Shown piece by piece: positions 18,098 through 25,436 of a stretch of 47,504 nucleotides of DNA. The translations under genes and the position numbers were made by a program. How positions within the stretch are numbered: the stretch's first letter is position 1; each line of letters starts with the position of its first letter. Origin of the DNA: a virus; IMG/VR virus record IMGVR_UViG_3300045996_001090, positions 1 through 47,504 of that record, one strand, 5' to 3'. The notes beneath the pieces were generated by a model. That model made no database searches. It was not told the DNA's origin and worked only from the letters and a program-made list of their open reading frames with translations.

Positions 18098-18421
18098 ATG
18101 ACACCGGACGATCCGACAAAGGCGGCAGAGAAACCGCCGGAAACGCTCTCGGCTCGCGAGCGCGTGGCGCTGGCGCTCATGCCGGCGCAACGGTACGCGC
18201 TGCACCTGCAATCGGCGCCTCACATGGTCTACAACGAACCGCCCGAAGTCATGGGCGCGTTTGCCGGCTTTGATCCGGGGCGCGCTCATGCGGCGATGAT
18301 GGCCGAAGGTACGGGCGCTCCTGCGAGCGATTACGCCGGCCCGTCGTACCGCGATTGGATGGCGCTCGAGGGCGCTCGTGCAAAAGCCCGCGAAGATCTC
18401 CGCGCGGCGTCTCAAATCTAA
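18098..18421 (+). CDS. Hypothetical protein, 107 aa
   Basis: ATG 3 nt after the upstream stop. Coding-like third-position GC. Confidence 0.5.
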   Translation: MTPDDPTKAAEKPPETLSARERVALALMPAQRYALHLQSAPHMVYNEPPEVMGAFAGFDPGRAHAAMMAEGTGAPASDYAGPSYRDWMALEGARAKAREDLRAASQI

Positions 18422-18433
18422 AGGAAGGTCAAC

Positions 18434-18784
18434 ATGTTCTCGTTTGGTGGTAACGGCGGCGGCGGCATGGGCGGCGGACGCCCGCGCCCGATGATGGGCG
18501 GCGGAATGGCGCCTCCGGGGGGGGGGCCTGCGGCCGGGCCTCGTCCGTTCGATGGTGTTGGGCCTCGCCCGTTCGCTGGCGGCGCTATGCCGGCGCTCGG
18601 TGGCGGCGGCGGTGCTCCGATGATGGGGCAGGGCAACGCCTTCGGGCGGTCGATGGCCGGGCCTCCTCCTCAGTCCGGAGTGCTCCCGAACGGCGGCGCC
18701 TTTCCGGGGCAGGGCGGCGGCGCTCCCGTGCCTGGCGCTGCGCGCGAGCGCATCGCGGCCGCTCTTGCGCGCGGGCCGCGGTAG
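18434..18784 (+). CDS. Gly/Pro/Met-rich low-complexity protein, 116 aa
   Basis: SD AAAGGAAGG upstream. Sequence dominated by GGGxM / GPRPF repeats. Confidence 0.5.
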   Translation: MFSFGGNGGGGMGGGRPRPMMGGGMAPPGGGPAAGPRPFDGVGPRPFAGGAMPALGGGGGAPMMGQGNAFGRSMAGPPPQSGVLPNGGAFPGQGGGAPVPGAARERIAAALARGPR

Positions 18785-18799
18785 TCTCAGAATGGGTGC

Positions 18800-19111
18800 A
18801 TGAAGCGCGCCCTCCTCCTCCTCCTCGCCGGAGTTTTTCTGATGGGTGCGCCTTCCCGCGATCGCGTCGCGAAAGCTCTTGAATCCTCGTCCCGGCGCGA
18901 AGCGCAACAGCGCATTCCCGGCGGGCTCTCGGCGGCTGAGTGGGACGCGCTAAACGCTGAAACCGACGCTTGGCAGCGAGGGCAACCGGACGGAATGTTG
19001 ACGGTGCTCGAGCTCGGCGCGAAGCGGGCCGCCGGACAAATCTCGGCGCGCGAGCACAACGAAAGTATGGACATTCTGCAAGGCGCCGTTCCGCCGCGCC
19101 GCCGCCGCTAA
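18800..19111 (+). CDS. Secreted small protein, 103 aa
   Basis: Signal-peptide-like N-terminus MKRALLLLLAGVFLMGAPS. Followed by a terminator. Confidence 0.5.
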   Translation: MKRALLLLLAGVFLMGAPSRDRVAKALESSSRREAQQRIPGGLSAAEWDALNAETDAWQRGQPDGMLTVLELGAKRAAGQISAREHNESMDILQGAVPPRRRR

Positions 19112-19136
19112 ACCCTCCTCAACCTCCCGGACTGTA

Positions 19137-19158
19137 GCCGCCCTCCTGGCGGCTTTTT
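19137..19158 (+). terminator. Rho-independent terminator
   Basis: GCCGCC-CTCCT-GGCGGC followed by TTTTT. Confidence 0.7.
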
Positions 19159-19176
19159 GCATTGGGCCTCACGCCG

Positions 19177-20421
19177 ATGGACGAATTCATTACCGACGAG
19201 TTTGGGATCACGCGCCCGAATCCGAACTATACGGGCGGCATGTTTCAGCCGAATGATCCTTATGCGCGAAACGCGATGCAGCCCTATTGGCAGAGCGTCG
19301 ACCAAGCGGCGGGCTTCCCTCAGAACTTCACGCAAACGATGGCCGCCATTGAAAGCCAGGGCGGGCAAAACCTGACCAGCCAGACCGGCGCCGTTGGGCC
19401 GTTCCAGTTTACCGGCATCGCAGCGAACCAAGTCGGCATTCCGAAAGATCAAACGGTCGACCCGTATATCGGGCCGCAGGCGGCGGCCGAGTTGGCATCG
19501 CAAAACCGCGAGCGGTTCATGCAGGCGTATGGCCGCGAGCCTACGGGCTCCGAGCTCTACCTGATGCACCAACAGGGCGCGAGCGGCGCGATGGCGGTGC
19601 TGGGCGCGGACCCTAACACCCTCGTCAACCAGATGTCGCCGACCGTAAGCCGGAACATCCTGGCGCAAGGCATTTCCGGGATCAACGGCGGGTCAACGGT
19701 TGGGGCGTTCGCCGATCACTTCGACCGGAAATATTCGCAATTCGAGCCGTTCACCGGCCAGCCGCTACAGCCTCAAAACTCTCAGATGGGCGGCGGCTAT
19801 CAGCCGAACATTTGGGGCTACGGAAACGACGGCTTCGACACCGGCTTTGACGGTGGCGGCATGTACACGGGCGGGACCGGCAACGCGCAATATCAAAAGG
19901 GCGGCTCAACCGGCCCCCAGTATGTGACAGACGAATACGGGATCACGCGCGCGGTCCAGGGCGGCACGGGCAATAACCAGTACGGCTACGGCGGGACTTA
20001 CGATCCGAGCGCCTATGGCTATGGCGGGACCAACTACAGCACCGGCTATCCTCAGAACGCCACGACGGCAATTCAGAATGCGCAGTACATGTCTCAGCCG
20101 GACATGTACGTCTACCCCAACAACGCCACGATGGGCAGCACGCTCGGCATCGCCGATGGCGGATATGGCAACATGGGCTCCGAGGGCGGCATCCTCGGCG
20201 GCTCCACGGTCGGTGCGAGCGACGGCGGGTTCACCTTCGGAATCGGTAACCAGTATTTCGACCAAAGCCAGCAGATGATGCAGGACCAGTACAATTACTC
20301 GCAACAGGTCCAGCAGCAGCAACAGCAGCAGGCCAATCAGAGCATTGCGGGCCTGGATCCGTCGCTTAATAGCGGCCTGAATTTCGGCGGCGGCTCCTAC
20401 AATCCGCTTATGGGTTGGTGA
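19177..20421 (+). CDS. Lytic transglycosylase-domain protein with a long Q/N/G/Y-rich low-complexity C-terminus, 414 aa
   Basis: MAAIESQGGQN...GAVGPFQF is an SLT-type motif. Residues from about 190 onward are G/Y/N/Q-rich and end in a QQQQQQQ run. TDE(F/Y)GITR occurs twice. Confidence 0.65.
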   Translation: MDEFITDEFGITRPNPNYTGGMFQPNDPYARNAMQPYWQSVDQAAGFPQNFTQTMAAIESQGGQNLTSQTGAVGPFQFTGIAANQVGIPKDQTVDPYIGPQAAAELASQNRERFMQAYGREPTGSELYLMHQQGASGAMAVLGADPNTLVNQMSPTVSRNILAQGISGINGGSTVGAFADHFDRKYSQFEPFTGQPLQPQNSQMGGGYQPNIWGYGNDGFDTGFDGGGMYTGGTGNAQYQKGGSTGPQYVTDEYGITRAVQGGTGNNQYGYGGTYDPSAYGYGGTNYSTGYPQNATTAIQNAQYMSQPDMYVYPNNATMGSTLGIADGGYGNMGSEGGILGGSTVGASDGGFTFGIGNQYFDQSQQMMQDQYNYSQQVQQQQQQQANQSIAGLDPSLNSGLNFGGGSYNPLMGW

Positions 20422-20448
20422 TCGGCGCCCTAAAAAGGGTTCCCCTCA

Positions 20449-21309
20449 ATGTCAGATACTTGGGTCGCCGGGCCTAACACTCCGGCGGCGTCGATCCGTG
20501 ACGCGCTGAAAGGCTCTGCGCGGGTGCTCGTCCAGGGCGAACAAGCTTGGGAACCGGGCGTTATCGTGGTTCCGCCGCACAAGATCCTGTGCGCGCAATC
20601 GCGGGTGTGGCTCCACCGCAAGAGCGGCGGTGAAGGGCCGCTGGTCACGGTCGATTCTGACGGCTCTTTCGGCGGCGACGGCTTCGGCCGCTTCCTCATG
20701 CGCTCGAACGGCTACGCCGGAACCGGCGTGCTCTTTCCTGGCGCCACGTCGCGCCAGCAAGTCGCCGGCCTGGTCTTCGAGGATTATCTCGGCGTTTGCC
20801 TCGATCTGACGGCGGCGGAAGCCGGCCACGAATGCAACGTCACCGGCGTCCAGGCGCAGCGCTCGAACCGCGACGAGCCGGGAATTGTGCTTCCCGAAGA
20901 TGAAGCCGGGACGCGCGGCATCCGGCGCTTCGAAGATTGTCAGGGCGGCGGCGGGCGATTGATCGCGGTCCGCGGCGCCAACGTCACGCTACTCGATGAA
21001 TGCTCAACGCTCGGCGATCTGCTCATGTCAGACAGGGCTCGGCAAATTGTCGTCGAGAAATGCCGGCTCGCCGTTCCCAACACCGGCCCCTGGTCGGGGT
21101 TCGTCATCCGCGGACAGAACCATATCGTCATGCAAAATCAGATTTCCTCGCCTGTGTTCGTGTACGGCTCGGGGTGCCTGATCGCGAACTATGACGCCGG
21201 CCGCTATCTCATGCCTGGCGTGAGCGGCAACGTCATTCTGCGCATGGGCCAGACGCCGGCAACGGTCGATTGGTCCGGAACCTCCCTTAACGCAACGCTG
21301 AACGGGTGA
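20449..21309 (+). CDS. Hypothetical protein, 286 aa, possible right-handed beta-helix (spike/depolymerase-like)
   Basis: Periodic short beta-strand pattern with repeated G/N/V turns and several Cys. No motif I can name. Confidence 0.4.
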   Translation: MSDTWVAGPNTPAASIRDALKGSARVLVQGEQAWEPGVIVVPPHKILCAQSRVWLHRKSGGEGPLVTVDSDGSFGGDGFGRFLMRSNGYAGTGVLFPGATSRQQVAGLVFEDYLGVCLDLTAAEAGHECNVTGVQAQRSNRDEPGIVLPEDEAGTRGIRRFEDCQGGGGRLIAVRGANVTLLDECSTLGDLLMSDRARQIVVEKCRLAVPNTGPWSGFVIRGQNHIVMQNQISSPVFVYGSGCLIANYDAGRYLMPGVSGNVILRMGQTPATVDWSGTSLNATLNG

Positions 21310-22025
21310 GGCTCGCCACTGCGGCCGCGCTCGCGTGGCTCGTCTTGGAGAATAACGTCGTGAGCGCACAGAATTTTGACGCCGTGATGAATCTCGTCCT
21401 CGGCCACGAGGGTGGTTTCACGAACGATCGCCGGGACCCTGGCAATTGGACCGGCGGCATTGTCGGCCGCGGCACGCTCAAGGGGACCAAGTTCGGCATT
21501 GCGGCGAACACGTTCCCGAACGAGGACATTCGGAACCTGACGCGGGATCGTGCGATCGCGCTCTATAAGCGGCACTATTGGGACGCCATCCGCGCGGACG
21601 AGCTCCCGGCCGGCGTCGATTACTGCCTGTATGATTTCAGCATCAACTCGGGCGCGGCGCGCGCGGTCAAGCATTTGCAGGCCGCGGTTGGCGTCCTGCA
21701 GGATGGCAAGGTCGGGCCGGTAACGCTGGCGGCCGTTGCAAAAGCGGACCCGGCCGAACTCGTGCGCAAAGTCTGCGCCTCGCGGCTCCGCTTCATGCGG
21801 GCGCTCCCGACCTGGCCGACGTTCAAGAACGGTTGGTATGCGCGCGTCACAAGCGTCGAGAAAGTCGGCGTTGCGATGGCCTCGAGGGGCTCGAGCTCGG
21901 CGCCTAAACCCGCACATAAGCGGACAAATCCGCCGCCGAAACCGGCGGCTCCTCGCCCAGCTCCCCAGCCCGCTCCGGCGGGCTTTTTTGCGCGCCTGGC
22001 GCGGTGGTTCGGAGGTCGAAAGTGA
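21306..22025 (+). CDS. Endolysin, glycoside hydrolase family 108 with a C-terminal peptidoglycan-binding region, up to 239 aa
   Basis: LVLGHEGGFTNDRRDPGNWTGG...GTKFGI is the GH108 signature. Alternative in-frame starts at 21345 (TTG) and 21360 (GTG). The first 14 residues are hydrophobic, so a SAR-like anchor is possible. Confidence 0.8.
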   Translation: MRLATAAALAWLVLENNVVSAQNFDAVMNLVLGHEGGFTNDRRDPGNWTGGIVGRGTLKGTKFGIAANTFPNEDIRNLTRDRAIALYKRHYWDAIRADELPAGVDYCLYDFSINSGAARAVKHLQAAVGVLQDGKVGPVTLAAVAKADPAELVRKVCASRLRFMRALPTWPTFKNGWYARVTSVEKVGVAMASRGSSSAPKPAHKRTNPPPKPAAPRPAPQPAPAGFFARLARWFGGRK

Positions 22026-22171
22026 AGGCGCTCATTCTGAGACACAAGGCGCGAGTTCTCGTCGTCGCCGGCGCCGCCGCTTACGTCGGCCTCGGCCTCG
22101 CGATGGGCGATCTGGATTGGACAACGGCGGCGGCGAAATTCGTCACGCTCATCGGCCTGGGCGCGCTGTGA
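22022..22171 (+). CDS. Holin-like small membrane protein, 49 aa (below the ORF-track size cutoff)
   Basis: GTGA overlap with the endolysin stop and TGATG-type overlap with the next start. Sequence MKALILRHKARVLVVAGAAAYVGLGLAMGDLDWTTAAAKFVTLIGLGAL has two hydrophobic segments. Confidence 0.45.
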   Translation: MKALILRHKARVLVVAGAAAYVGLGLAMGDLDWTTAAAKFVTLIGLGAL

Positions 22172-22881
22172 TGGATTTCGACGCGCCCTTCGATTGGTCC
22201 GCTCATTTCGCGAATGCCTGGGCGGGCGTCTTTAGCGGGGAGATTTCTGCCCCTCACTCCGCGGACGAATGGTCAACGTTTCTTGCCTCGGCGTGGGATG
22301 CTTATGAGCTCCCCGTTGTGGCGGCCGCACCTGAGCCTGCGCCGGCGGCCGAGCCGGTCGTCTATGACTTGTCGAACGTGAGTTGGAATGAAGGCGCTCC
22401 CGGGACGGATGCGACCTATTTCGACGGGGTGAGCTTCGCCAGCGGGACGGTGAGCTACGTCACGACGGCGGCGCCCGGCCCGCTGCCCTACGGCGGTAGC
22501 ATCAAGCTCGTCTTCGAGCTCACGGGCGGGCCGCTCAAAAGCAGCACGGGCCAATCCGATAGCGCGGGCGTATTCCTCTACATTCAGCGGGCCGGCGATG
22601 ATTGGAGCGGGCAGGGCGCGTACAACGATTACCGCCTATGGAGCCAGCGCGAAGTGTGGCTCGGCGGTGTCGCCGAAGGCATCTTCGAAATTGAGGTGCC
22701 GCTAACGCCCGAGCATTGGGGCGGCGTCGTGAGCGACGAGAGCGCGGCCGGCTTCTCCGCGACGTTAGCCTCGCCCGGGGCGCTCGGCTTCACACTGCTA
22801 AACGAGATCGGCAAGGGCAAGGGCAGCGCCGCCGACTCGGACGCTCGCATTACCGTCCTTGAATACAAGGTGCTCGCCTAA
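22171..22881 (+). CDS. Hypothetical protein, 236 aa
   Basis: ATG 22171 is coupled to the upstream stop. The 381-aa tracked ORF (21736) is an out-of-context N-terminal extension through the endolysin gene. Confidence 0.55.
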   Translation: MDFDAPFDWSAHFANAWAGVFSGEISAPHSADEWSTFLASAWDAYELPVVAAAPEPAPAAEPVVYDLSNVSWNEGAPGTDATYFDGVSFASGTVSYVTTAAPGPLPYGGSIKLVFELTGGPLKSSTGQSDSAGVFLYIQRAGDDWSGQGAYNDYRLWSQREVWLGGVAEGIFEIEVPLTPEHWGGVVSDESAAGFSATLASPGALGFTLLNEIGKGKGSAADSDARITVLEYKVLA

Positions 22882-23123
22882 TGGAACTGCTCGTTTCTCT
22901 CCTCGGGCCGAAAGTGCTCGGGGCTCTCGGCGCAATGGCGGCGGCCGGCGTCGCGGTGCTGGTCGCCTATTTCCGCGGGCGCTCGGCCGGCAAGGCCGGC
23001 GAGCAGGCGCGCCAAGCGCAAGCGACGCTCGATCTAGTAGCCGATGAAAAGGCCGCGCGTGAGTCCGTCGAGGAACTCACGGCGGACGAGGCCAAGCGCG
23101 AATTATCAGAGTGGAGCCGCTAA
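22881..23123 (+). CDS. Membrane-anchored coiled-coil protein, 80 aa (i-spanin- or antiholin-like)
   Basis: N-terminal TM segment LGALGAMAAAGVAVLVAYF followed by a charged helical region. TAATG coupling to the upstream gene. Confidence 0.45.
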   Translation: MELLVSLLGPKVLGALGAMAAAGVAVLVAYFRGRSAGKAGEQARQAQATLDLVADEKAARESVEELTADEAKRELSEWSR

Positions 23124-23617
23124 GCCGCTCTTGCAAATTCTCCGAAGCAGGTTGCAGCCGCCTTCGCATAGGCGACGTGCGCTTCTTCCTTGGTAGCAAA
23201 GCGGCCCAGAAACCGCTTTGTGTCCCTGTGTTTGATCTGAGCAACCCACTTTTTTGAACTGCGAGTCAATCTGTCGAAATGGACGCCTTTGAGCCCGGAG
23301 GCGTTGTTGCGGCGAGCGCGTGTGTTCGCGCGATTCTGCGAGACGCTGGCGGGGCGCAAATTGCTCCACCGATTATTCAGTGGATCCATGTCGATGTGGT
23401 CTATCTGCGCCGGGGGCCATGATCCGGTCATCCACAGAAACGCGAGCCGCTGAGCGCCGTACTTGCGAGGGCGAAAAGTGATCACGCGGTAGCCGTTGCC
23501 GCTAATCGTTCCGGCCACTTGTCCCGCCTTCGCGCGCCCCTTGTTTACTCTCCAAGTGAAAACCCCGGTTTCGGGATCGTAGCTAACAAGTCGCCGGAGT
23601 TCATCGGCGGTTATCAT
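23120..23617 (-). CDS. HNH endonuclease with AP2 DNA-binding domain, 165 aa
   Basis: Strong SD AAGGAGG 6 nt before ATG 23617. QIDHIDMDPLNNRWSNLR is the HNH core. GVHFDRLTRSSKKWVAQIKHRDTKRFLGRFATKEEAHVAY is AP2-like. Visibly more A/T-rich than the flanks. Confidence 0.8.
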   Translation of the reverse strand: MITADELRRLVSYDPETGVFTWRVNKGRAKAGQVAGTISGNGYRVITFRPRKYGAQRLAFLWMTGSWPPAQIDHIDMDPLNNRWSNLRPASVSQNRANTRARRNNASGLKGVHFDRLTRSSKKWVAQIKHRDTKRFLGRFATKEEAHVAYAKAAATCFGEFARAA

Positions 23618-23640
23618 ATCTCGCCTCCTTGGTGGAAAAG

Positions 23641-23847
23641 ATGCGACAACTCCTTCCCGCTGCCGCGTTGTGCGCGGCGTTAACAGCCTGCCAGACGGCA
23701 CGCTCTCCGTCATCGGACGTGTGGTGCTTATCGAACCGCGCACACCGGCCATCCACTGAAGAAATTCGCGTGATGTCCCCTGACCGCGCGCGGCAGCTCT
23801 TGGCGATAAACCGGCTCGGCGCCAAGCGATGCGGGTGGGTCAAGTGA
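23641..23847 (+). CDS. Lipoprotein, o-spanin-like, 68 aa
   Basis: Lipobox LTAC in MRQLLPAAALCAALTACQ. Short mature part with conserved-looking Cys residues. Confidence 0.55.
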   Translation: MRQLLPAAALCAALTACQTARSPSSDVWCLSNRAHRPSTEEIRVMSPDRARQLLAINRLGAKRCGWVK

Positions 23848-24431
23848 GCGAGATTGTTGAGCGCATCGCGCGCGTCGAAACCAAGGTCGAGTATCTCGTC
23901 CAGCGCGTCGACCGCAATTCCGAGATTTTGGAGCGGCTAGACCGCAAGCTCGTCGGCATGGATGCGGCTGGCGCTGAGCGTGGGCGCCTTGGGGGTATGG
24001 CCGTTTCGGTGCTGAAGCTTTTGCCGGCTCTGCCGCTGGGCGCCGCCGGCGCGTGGCTTTTCACGCGGGCGGTGGTGGTCGCTGCGGTGCTGCTGGCAGC
24101 AACGCCGGCCAAGGCTCACGAACCGCATCAAGGGCATTTCAGCGCCGCGACCACTGGCCTGTTTCTGCACGGCAAGGCGCTCAAAGACGGCTACGGCGTG
24201 AAAAAGGGCGAGGTGCATAATTGCTGCCTCTACGGCGGCGCCGGCGATTGTCGCGAAGTTCCGTGTCCAAGGGTCGAGGAAGGGCCGGACGGAATCGAAG
24301 GGCTGCGCCTCTCTAATGGGGTGTGGATACCTCGGGCGGACGCTTCGTTATCGCCGGATGGTCGCTGCTACATTTGCCAGCATAGCGAGAAACCGCCGCA
24401 CTGCGCCTTTTATACCGAGCCGAAAGGGTAA
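23844..24431 (+). CDS. Membrane protein with an N-terminal coiled coil, TM segments and a Cys-rich C-terminal domain, 195 aa
   Basis: GTGA overlap with the lipoprotein stop. TM region LKLLPALPLGAAGAWLFTRAVVVAAVLLA. C-terminal NCCLYGGAGDC...CYICQ...PPHCAF. Confidence 0.5.
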   Translation: MSEIVERIARVETKVEYLVQRVDRNSEILERLDRKLVGMDAAGAERGRLGGMAVSVLKLLPALPLGAAGAWLFTRAVVVAAVLLAATPAKAHEPHQGHFSAATTGLFLHGKALKDGYGVKKGEVHNCCLYGGAGDCREVPCPRVEEGPDGIEGLRLSNGVWIPRADASLSPDGRCYICQHSEKPPHCAFYTEPKG

Positions 24432-24798
24432 GGCCATTCGCAAGCCCTTCGCCTTCCTCGCAGGCTTCCTCGCGACGCTCGTGCTTCTGCCGCTCCTCGC
24501 TCGCGCCAACGGGCAATGCTTCGCCGGGAACGAGGATCACGTCCGCTATGTTGCCGGCCGCATGAACGCGGCCGAGGCGCCCCGGCGGGTCGAGGCTGGC
24601 GCGGCCAAGCGTTCGCTTAACGAGCTAATCCGCGCCGTCACTGAGGACGACCGGGAACATAGCACCATCTGGTGGGCGCCGCTTCAGGACGGCGGCCTGC
24701 TGATCGTCGGGTCCGAGGGCGGCGGCTGCGGCGTCCTTCAGGTGCCTCCCGCTCAGTGGGGGCACGTCCTGCGCGTCATCCTCGGGACGCCGGTTTAG
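24358..24798 (+). CDS. Hypothetical exported protein, about 146 aa (start uncertain)
   Basis: Signal-like FAFLAGFLATLVLLPLLARANG. The only canonical in-frame start (ATG 24358) overlaps the previous gene by 74 nt. Confidence 0.35.
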   Translation: MVAATFASIARNRRTAPFIPSRKGKAIRKPFAFLAGFLATLVLLPLLARANGQCFAGNEDHVRYVAGRMNAAEAPRRVEAGAAKRSLNELIRAVTEDDREHSTIWWAPLQDGGLLIVGSEGGGCGVLQVPPAQWGHVLRVILGTPV

Positions 24799-24835
24799 CG
24801 GCGGCAATCGGCCCCGCGCTTCCCTTTCTCCACCG

Positions 24836-24859
24836 GCCCCGCTTCGGCGGGGCTTTTTT
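24836..24859 (+). terminator. Rho-independent terminator between convergent gene blocks
   Basis: GCCCCGC-TTCG-GCGGGGC followed by TTTTTT. Lies between the plus-strand end (24798) and the minus-strand end (24864). Confidence 0.75.
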
Positions 24860-24863
24860 CGTT

Positions 24864-25100
24864 TCAGGACCCCGCGAACTCGCCCCACAGCTCCCGCGCG
24901 GCGCGTTGCAGAGAGCATGGGCCGCACCGCACCCAATCGCTATGCTCAAAGCAGAGTGCGGGCGTGTCACAGATGCCCGCGGCGTCCGCTTCTGACAGCG
25001 GCCGGTTAACGATGTCGGCCGTGAACGTTGGCCCTCTTGGCGGATCCTCTGACGGTGGATTCTGCTTCCCCATTGGTTGCGTCCTCTTTCCGGCGGGCAT
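24864..25100 (-). CDS. Small Cys-containing protein, 78 aa
   Basis: AGGAG 7 nt upstream of ATG 25100. CDTPALCFEHSDWVRCGPC could be a metal-binding knuckle. This frame has better third-position GC than the overlapping 121-aa frame. Confidence 0.5.
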   Translation of the reverse strand: MPAGKRTQPMGKQNPPSEDPPRGPTFTADIVNRPLSEADAAGICDTPALCFEHSDWVRCGPCSLQRAARELWGEFAGS

Positions 25101-25159
25101 AGGTTTGCTCCTGCGCCCCTGACAGCCCAGGAGTCGCACATGGCGAATGATTAGTTGGC

Positions 25160-25208
25160 GCCCCGCCGGGCTGAGCTACCTTTCAGGTAGGGGGCTCCTC
25201 GGCGGGGC
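25160..25208. other. Compound RNA/DNA hairpin in an intergenic gap
   Basis: Outer stem GCCCCGCCG (25160-25168) pairs with CGGCGGGGC (25200-25208). It encloses the inner hairpin CTACCT-TTC-AGGTAG (25176-25190). Confidence 0.45.
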
Positions 25209-25226
25209 GATCGCCTTGTTCGCTCC

Positions 25227-25436
25227 TTAGTGTTGGGCTCGTGGGGGTGGCGCCGGTGGGGCGTGTCTGGCGACCGCGGCGTAAACGGTGGTGAGGGCGG
25301 CGAGAACCTCCACAGCGTCGGGCGGCTCAAGGCCGAGCGATAGGCGCTCCGCGAAGCAGGCGTCGACCGCGGCGACAAGCCATCCCTCCACGGCGGCTCG
25401 GTCCTCGTCCTCGAGGTAGATTCGGCGCTCGATCAT
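25227..25436 (-). CDS. Hypothetical protein, 69 aa
   Basis: ATGA overlap with the upstream ATPase gene. Last gene of the coupled minus-strand chain. Confidence 0.55.
   Translation of the reverse strand: MIERRIYLEDEDRAAVEGWLVAAVDACFAERLSLGLEPPDAVEVLAALTTVYAAVARHAPPAPPPRAQH

Noticed and set aside
21736-22881. 381-aa plus-strand ORF spanning the endolysin 3' half and the next gene
   Set aside because: Its first 145 codons lie out of frame over the GH108 endolysin and the holin-like ORF and are Arg/Ser-rich. The real gene starts at ATG 22171, coupled to the upstream stop.
25151-25378. 75-aa minus-strand ORF (Pro/Arg/Ser-rich)
   Set aside because: It overlaps the better-supported 69-aa coupled gene in another frame and runs through the nested hairpin, with no SD.
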